Part shown: positions 48,687 to 57,741 of the stretch, piece by piece
Numbering within the stretch: position 1 is the first letter of the stretch
Layout: each line of letters starts with the position of its first letter
Source of the DNA: Sedimentisphaerales bacterium
GTDB lineage: Bacteria > Planctomycetota > Phycisphaerae > Sedimentisphaerales > Anaerobacaceae
Length of the DNA stretch: 64,000 nt
NCBI GenBank assembly: GCA_040772485.1
Contig: JAXGYC010000011.1
Coordinates: 32,001-96,000 of the forward strand
Direction: 5' to 3'
Translations under genes and position numbers: made by a program
Notes under the pieces: generated by a model
The model's input: the letters and a program-made list of their open reading frames with translations, nothing else
The model's database searches: none
Told to the model about the DNA's origin: nothing

Positions 48687-49154
48687 TCATTCCGACCGGT
48701 AGTTCGCGACCTCGTGACTCGGCGGCGCAAGCCGTCGCACTTCTTCCCGCACCGCATCGAGGTTCAGGCCGAGATTCGCCAGGATTTGCGCGGACATGGC
48801 TTCGCTGTCGCGCATCATGCCCAGCAGCAGGTGCTCGGTGCCGATGTAGTTATGACCAAGCGTCCGCGCCTCTTCGACGGCATAGCGAATGACGTTCTTG
48901 GTGTGCTCGGTCTGGGCGAGTTTCTCGGGCACCTCGACGTGGGGGTGGCCTGCCAGAAGTATTTCGACCGCTTTGCGAAGGGGCTTGAGGTCGACGTTGA
49001 AGTGCTGGAGCACAGCCGCAGCCACGCCGTGGACCTCCTTGGCAAGGCCCCCGAGAAGATGTTCGGTCCCGACGAACTCGTGCCCGAACTGCTGGGCCTC
49101 CTGATTGGCCAGTAGCATGACCGCCCTCGCGTGCTCCGTAAAACGCTCGAACAT
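48687..49154 (-). CDS. Standalone Clp N-terminal (double Clp repeat) domain protein
   Basis: MFERFT, GHEFVGTEHLL, GHNYIGTEHLLLG; ends at 155 aa with no AAA domain. Confidence 0.88.
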   Translation of the reverse strand: MFERFTEHARAVMLLANQEAQQFGHEFVGTEHLLGGLAKEVHGVAAAVLQHFNVDLKPLRKAVEILLAGHPHVEVPEKLAQTEHTKNVIRYAVEEARTLGHNYIGTEHLLLGMMRDSEAMSAQILANLGLNLDAVREEVRRLAPPSHEVANYRSE

Positions 49155-49321
49155 GAAAACCCTTTCAACTTGCCCCGCTGCTCCCTCGGCGCCGACCCAT
49201 GCGACGCCCGTGCACATTCTACCGTGTTCTCCGATTCTCCGCCCGCTGATTCTCGGAAGGCGATGAACAAGTGTCTGTCAAGATTATGGGGCAGCACTCC
49301 CTTGAGGGCGCAAACAACCAG

Positions 49322-49473
49322 GGGTGGCAGCCTCAAAGCTTGTCCTGAGCGAAGCCGAACGGATCCGCAGGACTTGGGGATGGACCGCATCGCAGAGGCC
49401 TTTCCGTACGTATGTGCCACTCACATCCGCCATCCCCAAAGCTCCGTTGCACTACGCTTTGAGGCTGCCACCC
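49322..49473. repeat. REPIN/MITE-like inverted-repeat element
   Basis: Perfect 18-bp IR GGGTGGCAGCCTCAAAGC (49322-49339) / GCTTTGAGGCTGCCACCC (49456-49473); inner 10-bp IR TTGGGGATGG / CCATCCCCAA. Confidence 0.75.
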
Positions 49474-49521
49474 ACATGCCAGAACATTTTCACACACCCA
49501 TGAACAAAACACCACGGAAGG

Positions 49522-52500
49522 TCAGATGCCGGCCTCGTCGTAGCCGGGTGAGCCGCCCACCGCAGCGCTGGGTCGCCATGTCGCCTTGTCGCCCCAAGCT
49601 TGAGCATCGCTACTGATCGGGTCCACAACCGTCAACGAGTAGCCTTTGCCGTCAGTTGCGTCGTACCAGTCATCCTCGAAGGCGAAACTGTGAATGATTT
49701 GTCCGGCGGCGTCCTGAAGCTCGACGGTCTCGCCGGCGTTGTTGAGGCTGCCGGTGTATTCGCCTGCAATAGGCAGGCCCGGGACATACCGTGTTTCGAA
49801 GGCCTCGATGTCCTTGACCACCAGCACGCGGTCGCCCGGCGCCAGCACAACCGAGCCGAAGGTGAAATCCACACCATCGGTGAACCTGACGAGATTGAGG
49901 TCGATTGACTCGGGGCCAATGTTGACCAGCTCGACGTACTCGAGGTTGGGATCGTCGGGACTTCCGGTCTCGGGCGGATGGTACATGATCTCGCTGATTC
50001 GCAAGCTCTCGGCCACCGGCCCGACCGCAAACGTCGCTTGGTTCAGGGCGCTCCATTTGTTGCCGACCTGGGCCCTGGCCCTGACCTGCGCGCTGCCGCT
50101 CAGCGTGATCGGCCCGGCGTATCGCTCGACCGTCGAGACCTGCTCCGACTGCTCGACGGTGGTCGCCACCAGCTCCGCGGAGATCAGAAAATCGGAGCTT
50201 GTCGACGAGACGTTCATGCCGTGGATGGCCAGGACATTGCCGACCCGGCGCAACAGAGGCTCGAAGCCGGAAATCTCGATCTCCTCAAAATCCATCGCAT
50301 TCAAATCCGGATTCTGATCGGCGGCGTTCGCGTTCCAGGCCGGCGTCCCCGTGACGTTGCGTCGGGCGATCTCGGTCCCGTTGAGGTAGGCGACGAAACC
50401 GTCGTCGTATCGAATCCGCAGTGTCATCGTGTCGAACGGATCGGCCTTTTCCGTAAAGTTGAACGAAATGCGAATGCAGCAACTGCTCTGTCGGCCGTAC
50501 ATCGAGGCTCCGACGTCGAGAGAGATGAAGTCCTCATAACCGACGCTCCTCTCGAAGCCGACCCCGCCGGGGCTTCCAGTCGCCGGCGTCCAGGCCGAAT
50601 CGTCAAACGTCGCACCGCCCCGCCAGGCATCGTCGACAGGCCCGGTCGGCACGAGCACGCGCTTGGGCGCATTCTCCGGGATCAGCACGGTCCGTTGCAT
50701 GGCGTCAGAGGAATTGAGCGATCGCGGGTCCGACCCGTCCAGCGTATAGTAGACGATCCCGGACGGCGCCGTCACCTCCAGGACAAATCCGCTGTCGACG
50801 TGGCCACCCTGATGGTTGAACGCCGGCGGCGCCGAGGCAAACTCACTGGCAATCTGCCCATCCAGCCACGCAAGCCTTGCTTCCAGCCAGCCCTTCATCC
50901 ACTCGATCTCCTGGCGATACGTGTTTCCCACGAATCCGTTCGGCCAGACGTACTGGCCAAGGATTCGCCAGCGCGCGAAGTTCCTCGCCTGAGGCTCCTG
51001 CAGCAGGGCCGCGTAGTCATCGATCATGCCGAGCAGCCGCTCGGTGGCAAACAGACCTCGACGCAATTCGAACCACCGGTCGGCGTACTGCAACTGGAAC
51101 TGCGGGTCCTCGAACAGACGACGCCACCACGGATACTCCCCATCGCCGAGCAGACGGTTGTACCAGCCGCTCGGAATCCAGCCATCGAGATAGTCGGCGT
51201 TGCCCAGCGACAGATTGTAGTCCCAGACCGGGCCCATGTGGAGCTTGCCGTTGCGGTCCTTGAACATGTACGTGCTCAGACGGAAGCCGTCGATGTTCTT
51301 GGCCGTCTCCACCAGAATGTGATGGTCGATGAATGCGCCAATGTCGATGAACGCAGCGTATCCGTCGATCGGGTCTTTGAAGTGCCCGCCGTACAGGGTC
51401 GCTTCGAAGGCGTTGAGGAAATCCCGGATCCAGTCCCTCTGCGCCTGCGTCATATCGGTCCCGATCGGATCGTCGTAGATCAGTTCCTGGCCTCGGCTGG
51501 TGCGGAACGTCACATCGCCACCATCGAGCTTGTCTTTCTTGACGATGTACCCGCCCGTGATCTCGGGCTCGGCGTTATCGTCCGAATCGAGAACTGCGAT
51601 ATCCACGCGATCGGGAGCGATCTTGATCTTCTCCATCAAGACGTAAACGCCGACATAGTCGTTCATCGACAGCTCGCTGTTGTCGGTCTTGAGGAACAGC
51701 TCGATGAACCGCGTGCGCGGCGCATAGCGGCCCATCTCGTTGCTCCAGCGATAGACCAGGACATTGCGCATCAGCGTCTTGTCCGAATAGGGTCCCTGGA
51801 GCACCCAGTCCGCGTCGGCGGGCAGCCCCAGGATCGAGGCGGCCCGGTCGCGATCGTCGTCGTCCCAGACCTCGAAGTGGTATTGCTGTTTGGGAAAACC
51901 CTCAGAGCTCTTGCCCCGCACGTTCAGACCCGCCCGGCCGGCAAAGTCCGTCGGGCCCGTCACGGCGGCTGTACTCCGTTCGTCCGTATCGATAACGTAA
52001 CCGTAGACCGGGGTCTGCGTACCGCTGACGGCTTTGCCCATCGTATCGACAACCATCAGAGGCAGCGGCGAACGGAAATCCCGCAGACTGACGCCGACGA
52101 ACGAGAACCGCTCGCTGCTCACGTCGCTCTGCCGCCAGCCCGGCAGCCACGCGACAGCTCGGATCGTCATGGTCCTGGAGACTTGAATCGGCCCGGTGTA
52201 GACACTTCCGCCGGGCCTCTGCCGGGGCACGCTGAAAGGATCGGTTCCGTCGGTCGTGTAGTAGATCGTCGCGCCGGGCGCATCGGTCGTCAGGGCAACC
52301 GTCAAAGGCTCGCTGAAAAGACAGCCCCGGCGGCTGAATTGCGGCGTCTCGGCGATGCCTTCATAGACGATGACGTTGGCGGCGCCCGGCGTCGGGACCG
52401 CCATGAACCGCAGATCGGGGCCGCCGTCCGGATAGCGACCATAAGAGACGTCGGCCCGCTGCTGATCGAACGAGAGGCTGTCGATCACGGTGGTCCCATC

Positions 52501-52905
52501 ACCGGCCACAAGAACGACGTCCTCACCGGCCGCCTCCAGCCTGAAGCTCGCATGGAGACCCGTGGAGGCAGTATCGCCGTCCGCCCAGATCAGCAGGTAG
52601 CCGTGCGGGGCAATCGTCGTTGAAGGAGGGCCCGCCGGAAACCGCCACTTCGTGGGCGTCGAGGAGTCGTCGGTCAGGTACATTCCCCCCACGTCCGCGC
52701 TGACATTCGTGGGGTTGTACAGCTCGATCCAGTCATCGTACTGCCGCTGGGGATCGCGGTTGGTGCTGCGATTGGAGGCGAGGATCTCGTTGATGACGAC
52801 CCGCGTCTCGGCGCCGGGTCGCCCGGACTGTGCGTCCGTCGCGACCGCTGCGCCCAGTACCGCAAACAGCGCCGCAAACAAGCGCGTTGGCCGAGCTGCA
52901 CCCAT
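49522..52905 (-). CDS. Secreted LTD + FN3-associated + CotH kinase + LTD protein 3
   Basis: VVINEILASN, IYYTTDGTDP, RGKSSEGFPKQQY, DKTLMRN, NIDGFRLSTY, PVWDYNLSLG, ISEIMYHP. Confidence 0.88.
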   Translation of the reverse strand: MGAARPTRLFAALFAVLGAAVATDAQSGRPGAETRVVINEILASNRSTNRDPQRQYDDWIELYNPTNVSADVGGMYLTDDSSTPTKWRFPAGPPSTTIAPHGYLLIWADGDTASTGLHASFRLEAAGEDVVLVAGDGTTVIDSLSFDQQRADVSYGRYPDGGPDLRFMAVPTPGAANVIVYEGIAETPQFSRRGCLFSEPLTVALTTDAPGATIYYTTDGTDPFSVPRQRPGGSVYTGPIQVSRTMTIRAVAWLPGWRQSDVSSERFSFVGVSLRDFRSPLPLMVVDTMGKAVSGTQTPVYGYVIDTDERSTAAVTGPTDFAGRAGLNVRGKSSEGFPKQQYHFEVWDDDDRDRAASILGLPADADWVLQGPYSDKTLMRNVLVYRWSNEMGRYAPRTRFIELFLKTDNSELSMNDYVGVYVLMEKIKIAPDRVDIAVLDSDDNAEPEITGGYIVKKDKLDGGDVTFRTSRGQELIYDDPIGTDMTQAQRDWIRDFLNAFEATLYGGHFKDPIDGYAAFIDIGAFIDHHILVETAKNIDGFRLSTYMFKDRNGKLHMGPVWDYNLSLGNADYLDGWIPSGWYNRLLGDGEYPWWRRLFEDPQFQLQYADRWFELRRGLFATERLLGMIDDYAALLQEPQARNFARWRILGQYVWPNGFVGNTYRQEIEWMKGWLEARLAWLDGQIASEFASAPPAFNHQGGHVDSGFVLEVTAPSGIVYYTLDGSDPRSLNSSDAMQRTVLIPENAPKRVLVPTGPVDDAWRGGATFDDSAWTPATGSPGGVGFERSVGYEDFISLDVGASMYGRQSSCCIRISFNFTEKADPFDTMTLRIRYDDGFVAYLNGTEIARRNVTGTPAWNANAADQNPDLNAMDFEEIEISGFEPLLRRVGNVLAIHGMNVSSTSSDFLISAELVATTVEQSEQVSTVERYAGPITLSGSAQVRARAQVGNKWSALNQATFAVGPVAESLRISEIMYHPPETGSPDDPNLEYVELVNIGPESIDLNLVRFTDGVDFTFGSVVLAPGDRVLVVKDIEAFETRYVPGLPIAGEYTGSLNNAGETVELQDAAGQIIHSFAFEDDWYDATDGKGYSLTVVDPISSDAQAWGDKATWRPSAAVGGSPGYDEAGI

Positions 52906-53241
52906 GCTATCCCCTGTCCAGAAGGAGGTTTCGCTTTTCCACGACGGGGCCGGTGGCTCTCGCGCCAACTCCGAGCGCCGCTTCACCATTTTAACACATC
53001 CGGCACGAATTCGCCAGACGATTCCCCCCCCTCGTGTCCCACGCACTCACCGCCCTGCATGTTCAGATTGCGCCCGAAAGGGCGCCACAGAGCGGGCGAT
53101 TCTCGGACGTTAAGTGAAGAGGCGAACTGGTCGATGAAAGGGTCTGCTTGACGGATCGAAGACTACCGGGAGGACAGCCGGACCGACCTCAGTTGCGATG
53201 GACGTCGGGACTGGATTTGCGGCGTGAGGAGGAGGTATCGG

Positions 53242-53451
53242 ATGAACACCGGTTCCATCAAGAGACGACTACGCGTCTGCAGAGGGTGCGCCTACCTCTG
53301 CAGGAGCTGCCCACACGCTCTGCCTTGCGTCCGGCAAGGTCAGAAGGTCAAGCCGACCGAATGCTACGTTTGCTGGCACAATCAGGGAACGCTCCTGCCC
53401 CGAGACTGCCGGTTGCGACGCACGCCCATCCGAACGAAGGTCCGCGTCTGA
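53242..53451 (+). CDS. Small basic Cys-rich protein (69 aa)
   Basis: Strong GAGGAGGAGG RBS; 8 Cys including three CxxC pairs. Confidence 0.7.
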   Translation: MNTGSIKRRLRVCRGCAYLCRSCPHALPCVRQGQKVKPTECYVCWHNQGTLLPRDCRLRRTPIRTKVRV

Positions 53452-53506
53452 CCGCGAGCGAATCGGCGTTCGGTCCGCCACTCCAGGGTCCAAAACCAGC
53501 GTCGTG

Positions 53507-55117
53507 CTATGCAGGCCGGTCCCAGCCGGGCCGCAGTCGATCCTGCACCTCCCAGGCGTCGAGCAACGCCAGCGCCGCCATGGACTCGACGACGGGAATC
53601 ACGCGAGGCACGATACAGGGATCATGCCGACCGTGAGTCTCGATGGGCCGGTCCTCCATCCGCTCGTTCAGGGTCCGCTGCGGCTTGGCGATCGAGGAGG
53701 TCGGTTTCACTGCCAGCCGCAGCGTAACGGTCTGCCCGGTCGAGATGCCGCCGGTGATGCCGCCGGCGTGGTTGGTCACGAACCCACCATCGGCCATGTT
53801 GTCGTTGGACTGGCTGCCGCGCATTTGCGTCAGCGCAAAGCCCAGGCCGACCTCGATCCCCTTGATCGCGCCGATTGTCATGATCGCCGCCGTCAGTTTG
53901 GCGTCGAGTTTCTGGAACACCGGATCACCCAGTCCGGCGGGCAGCCCGTGAATGTCGAGTTGAATGACGCCGCCGACCGAATCGTTGTCGTCCTTGGCCG
54001 CGAGGATCGCCTGGACCATGCGCTGCGCCGCGTCGGGATCGGCACAGCGGACCGGATTGGTTTCGATAGCGTCGTAGTCACACGTCTCGGCGGCAATGCC
54101 TGCGATCTCGACCGCGTGGGCCACGATCTTCACGCCGCGGTTTGCCAGCTCCCGCAGCGCGAACGCGCCACCCATGACGCGGCCGGCGGTTTCGCGTCCG
54201 GACGAGCGGCCACCACCCCGATGGTCGCGGATGCCGTACTTGCGGTAATACGTGAAATCGGCATGCCCGGGCCGGAACAGGTCTTTGATCCCCTCATACC
54301 TGGACGAATCGTGGTCGCGGTTGATGATCGCCATCGCTATGGGCGCGCCGGTCGTCTTGCCGCCAAACACGCCGGAGAGCACCTCCACCTGATCCTTCTC
54401 GTCGCGGGGCGTAGTGACTTCGCTTTGGCCGGGCCGGCGCCGGGTGAGCTGTTTTTGGATTTCCTCGGCAGAGAATTCCACGCCCGGACGCACCCCGTCC
54501 AGCACGGCGCCGATGGCCGGGCCGTGGCTCTCGCCGAAGGTGGTAACACGAACGACATCGCCGTAGGTGTTGGCCGCGCGGCAGCGCACCGTCAATTCCT
54601 CGACGATGTGCTGCATCGCAATCTGAGCAATCTCCTCGGGCGTCTTGTCTGTCGTGTCGATCACCGCATCGGCAAATGGACTGAGCAATTCCTCGCGGTA
54701 GGCGACGTTCTCATCAAGCTGGGCCCGCGCATCGGGTCCGCGCAACCAGGGCGGCAGCCCCTTCTCGGCGATGCGGCCCCACAGTGCAGCGGGATCGGCA
54801 GTCAGATAGATCAGAATCGCGTTACGGCGCAGCGCCCGGCGGCTGAGCGGGTCCAGCAGGCTCGAACCGCCGCAGACGATCAGCTTCCAGTCCGCCTCGC
54901 CAAGCTCGACCGCCACCTTCTTCTCCACCGCGCGGAACGCCGACTCGCCGTGCTCGATGAAGATCTCGCGGCACGTGTGCTTCTCGCCCGTGTCCCTCTC
55001 GAAACACTCCTCGATCAGGCGGTCCGTTTCGATCGCTTCGAGGCCGGTCAGCTTCGCCAGCTCGGCCGCCACCGAACTCTTGCCTGCCCCTTTCGGTCCT
55101 GCCAATACGATCTTCAC
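53507..55117 (-). CDS. aroC: Shikimate kinase-chorismate synthase fusion
   Basis: GTG start after GAGGA; P-loop GPKGAGKS, GESAFRAVE, CGGS (AroK-like); GESHGPAIG, RPGHAD, RGGGRSSGRET, GRHDPC (AroC). Confidence 0.92.
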   Translation of the reverse strand: MKIVLAGPKGAGKSSVAAELAKLTGLEAIETDRLIEECFERDTGEKHTCREIFIEHGESAFRAVEKKVAVELGEADWKLIVCGGSSLLDPLSRRALRRNAILIYLTADPAALWGRIAEKGLPPWLRGPDARAQLDENVAYREELLSPFADAVIDTTDKTPEEIAQIAMQHIVEELTVRCRAANTYGDVVRVTTFGESHGPAIGAVLDGVRPGVEFSAEEIQKQLTRRRPGQSEVTTPRDEKDQVEVLSGVFGGKTTGAPIAMAIINRDHDSSRYEGIKDLFRPGHADFTYYRKYGIRDHRGGGRSSGRETAGRVMGGAFALRELANRGVKIVAHAVEIAGIAAETCDYDAIETNPVRCADPDAAQRMVQAILAAKDDNDSVGGVIQLDIHGLPAGLGDPVFQKLDAKLTAAIMTIGAIKGIEVGLGFALTQMRGSQSNDNMADGGFVTNHAGGITGGISTGQTVTLRLAVKPTSSIAKPQRTLNERMEDRPIETHGRHDPCIVPRVIPVVESMAALALLDAWEVQDRLRPGWDRPA

Positions 55118-55364
55118 AATGATATCCTCACTGCTGTCTTGCCTCCGGGCCCAACCCTGCCGCCTGGATGAGTTGTACAGCCCGGGCCGCATCCGGTTCG
55201 TCCATTCCTCGCCCGATCCTATCCGAAAACACTCTCGGGTTTCAATGCCCGTTCCCGCGTCGCCGAAAACATCGCGAGCGTCCCGGGGTATCGGGTGGAT
55301 GTGGGATTCAGTAGAATGGGCGTGTTCGCCTGGTGGCCCGGAGAACCGTATCGAGGAGAAGAAC

Positions 55365-56246
55365 ATGATGCCAGACCTGGAGATTGCTCGGCTCGAGTCA
55401 TGGAAACGATCCGTCGTGGCCGCGTTGCTGTGTGTTTCTGTCGCCGTGGCAATGGCGCCCGGAGCATCGGAGCAGTCCGCTCCCAAGCCTTTCCACTGGC
55501 CCGCCGGACAGCGCGGGGCCGTGACGCTCTCATACGACGACGCCATCGTCGCGCATTTCGAGTCGGTCGCACCACAACTTGAGACAGCGGGATTGCGAGC
55601 AACCTTCTACATCCAGATCGACAGCCCCGGATTTCGACTGCACACCGACTTATGGCGCAAGGTCGCTCGTGCCGGGCATGAACTGGGCAACCACTCGCTG
55701 TTCCACCCCTGCCGCAAGGATCGGCCCGGCGAGCACACCTGGCTCTCCGACGACTACAACCTGTCACACTACACGCCCGACCGATGGCTCGGAGAGATGC
55801 GGATCGCCAACCTCGTGCTCCAGCTCATCGACGGCCAGACCGAACGCACGTTCGGAAACACCTGCTGCCACAACCACGTCGGCCCGATCGACCGCCGGAC
55901 GAGTCTTGAAGAGCTAGTCCCGAAGCTGTTCGTTGGCGCCCGGGGTGAATACGTCAGCCGGCCGATCGATCCGGCGAAGGCGAACTTCGCAGCCCTGGGC
56001 CACTACAGCGGGGACGGCAAGTCGTTCGAGCAGCTTCGCGGGGAGATCGAGGCGGCCGTCCGTGAAGGCCAGTGGGTCTTCTACATGTTCCACGGTGTGG
56101 GCGAGGGCACGCACAGTCTCTACATCGACGCCGAGGAGCACCGCAAACTCGTCGAGTACCTCTCGACCAACAAAGACCGCATCTGGACCGCCCCCGCCGT
56201 CGAGGTCCTCCGCCACCTCAAGACATCCGCAGGACAGCCCCGCTAA
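55365..56246 (+). CDS. Polysaccharide deacetylase-like (NodB/CE4) exported protein
   Basis: TLSYDD, ATFY, GHELGNHSLFH, FHG, IWTAP. Confidence 0.85.
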   Translation: MMPDLEIARLESWKRSVVAALLCVSVAVAMAPGASEQSAPKPFHWPAGQRGAVTLSYDDAIVAHFESVAPQLETAGLRATFYIQIDSPGFRLHTDLWRKVARAGHELGNHSLFHPCRKDRPGEHTWLSDDYNLSHYTPDRWLGEMRIANLVLQLIDGQTERTFGNTCCHNHVGPIDRRTSLEELVPKLFVGARGEYVSRPIDPAKANFAALGHYSGDGKSFEQLRGEIEAAVREGQWVFYMFHGVGEGTHSLYIDAEEHRKLVEYLSTNKDRIWTAPAVEVLRHLKTSAGQPR

Positions 56247-56279
56247 GCGCGGCGTGCTTGAGCATCCAGCGGCCCAAAA

Positions 56280-56323
56280 ACGAAATGCGCGGGCAGCCTG
56301 GACCCTCGGCCCGCGCATTTCGT
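56280..56323. terminator. Hairpin between convergent genes; Rho-independent terminator for the minus-strand gene
   Basis: ACGAAATGCGCGGGC / GCCCGCGCATTTCGT 15-bp stem with an A-run on the left (U-tract on minus). Confidence 0.7.
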
Positions 56324-56363
56324 ACTGCGCAGTGCGCATCACGCATGACGCATCACGACGCTG

Positions 56364-57116
56364 CTACTGAACCTTTCCCGTGGCGGCCCATTCGACGCCG
56401 CGTCGAATCAACTGCTGCATGCTCGGGTTGAGGATCGCCTTGAAGTCGTGGCCGAACGCATTTTGCACGCAGCGGCCCTTGCCGTACGGCGTGGTGAAGA
56501 CCAGCGGCTCTTCCTTCTCGCTCCAGTCGGAATAGGCGGAAACCAGGACCTCGATCGGACCGTCGCCCTGCAACTTCGAATACAACTCGTCGAAGATCTG
56601 GAAATCCTTCAATCCCTGCGTGATCGGGTGGTCCTTCTTGACGATCTTCGCGTCGAAGACGCTTCGCGGACCATGGCCGCTCGTACCCATCACCCACACG
56701 CGGCCGCACAGCTTGCGGAACTCCGCCCAGTCAGGGAATGAAGCGCTGGCCAGATGCTGCGTATAGAAGCCCTTGCCCCCTTTGACGAAATTCAGAAGGT
56801 TCTCCTTCGCCTGGTCAGTCATCTTGGGCGTTCCGCGATGGAACATCGTCATGACAATCACATCGTAGTTCGCCAGCGCCGCATCCGCTTCGAGGATCAG
56901 CGGGTCTTCACAAACCCTGACGTCGAACCGGTCCGAGCCGGCCAGCACTTCGCGCGTCTTCTCGGAGATCTCACGCCAGTCGTGGTACGGCGCCACGTCG
57001 TCGCCGGCAATCAACAAGACCTTGATCTGTGCGGGCTTCTCGGCTGCCACCGCTGCCAGGGACACACCCAACGCTACCACACCCATCAGAAGCATGCTCA
57101 ACCAGACTCGTCGCAT
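56364..57116 (-). CDS. ThuA-like (class I glutamine amidotransferase fold) exported protein
   Basis: Signal peptide; YHDW, GGKGFYTQHLA, HPITQG, DELY, YGKGR, GHD, RGVEWAA. Confidence 0.87.
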   Translation of the reverse strand: MRRVWLSMLLMGVVALGVSLAAVAAEKPAQIKVLLIAGDDVAPYHDWREISEKTREVLAGSDRFDVRVCEDPLILEADAALANYDVIVMTMFHRGTPKMTDQAKENLLNFVKGGKGFYTQHLASASFPDWAEFRKLCGRVWVMGTSGHGPRSVFDAKIVKKDHPITQGLKDFQIFDELYSKLQGDGPIEVLVSAYSDWSEKEEPLVFTTPYGKGRCVQNAFGHDFKAILNPSMQQLIRRGVEWAATGKVQ

Positions 57117-57358
57117 TCGATCTCTCCTTGCTGTTGAAACCATCAGGTTGCATCCGCCGCACAGCGTCCTGGGGCGGTCGAAGGCAATTCTAACGCAAGC
57201 GGTATGCGGAGAAAACCGAAAACGCCAAGAGAGACGGCGTGATGTGACAGCCGAAGTCACGCGGGGGGTCGCGAGGGATGGGCCAGAGAGGATTCGCTAC
57301 CGTTCGAAGGCGTCGCCATCGCGCACCTGGCATCGCGATGGGATGCACGTCGGCGCAA

Positions 57359-57532
57359 TCAAGCCTTTCGGGCTTCGGCGGTGGAGGCCACCAGCAGGGA
57401 AAACATCGTGGCGCCGACGACGGCCGGGCCGATGTCATGCAGATCGAACGCCCGGACCGTTGCCAGGGCAATGATCAGACAGGCAAACCCCATGCCCACA
57501 TATCTGAGCGTAACCGCATTCCACCTCTTCAT
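57359..57532 (-). CDS. Small two-TM membrane protein (57 aa), below the ORF-track cutoff
   Basis: MKRWNAVTLRYVGMGFACLIIALATVRAFDLHDIGPAVVGATMFSLLVASTAEARKA; GAAGGGGG RBS. Confidence 0.55.
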   Translation of the reverse strand: MKRWNAVTLRYVGMGFACLIIALATVRAFDLHDIGPAVVGATMFSLLVASTAEARKA

Positions 57533-57741
57533 CGCAAAATCCCCCCTTCCGATTCAGTTCCTGGTCAGGAGCGGCCTTGCGACGGAGAAAGCCGCCCCTT
57601 AAAGCATAGGCAACAGACCGGCAGAGGCCAAAAATCTTCCTGCCTCCCGACGGAGAAGAACAGCCGGATAGCTGCCTGGCGTGGGATATCCCATGTCAGA
57701 ACTGAGGAATCTTCAACTTGATCGAGGAGAGGATTTCGAGT

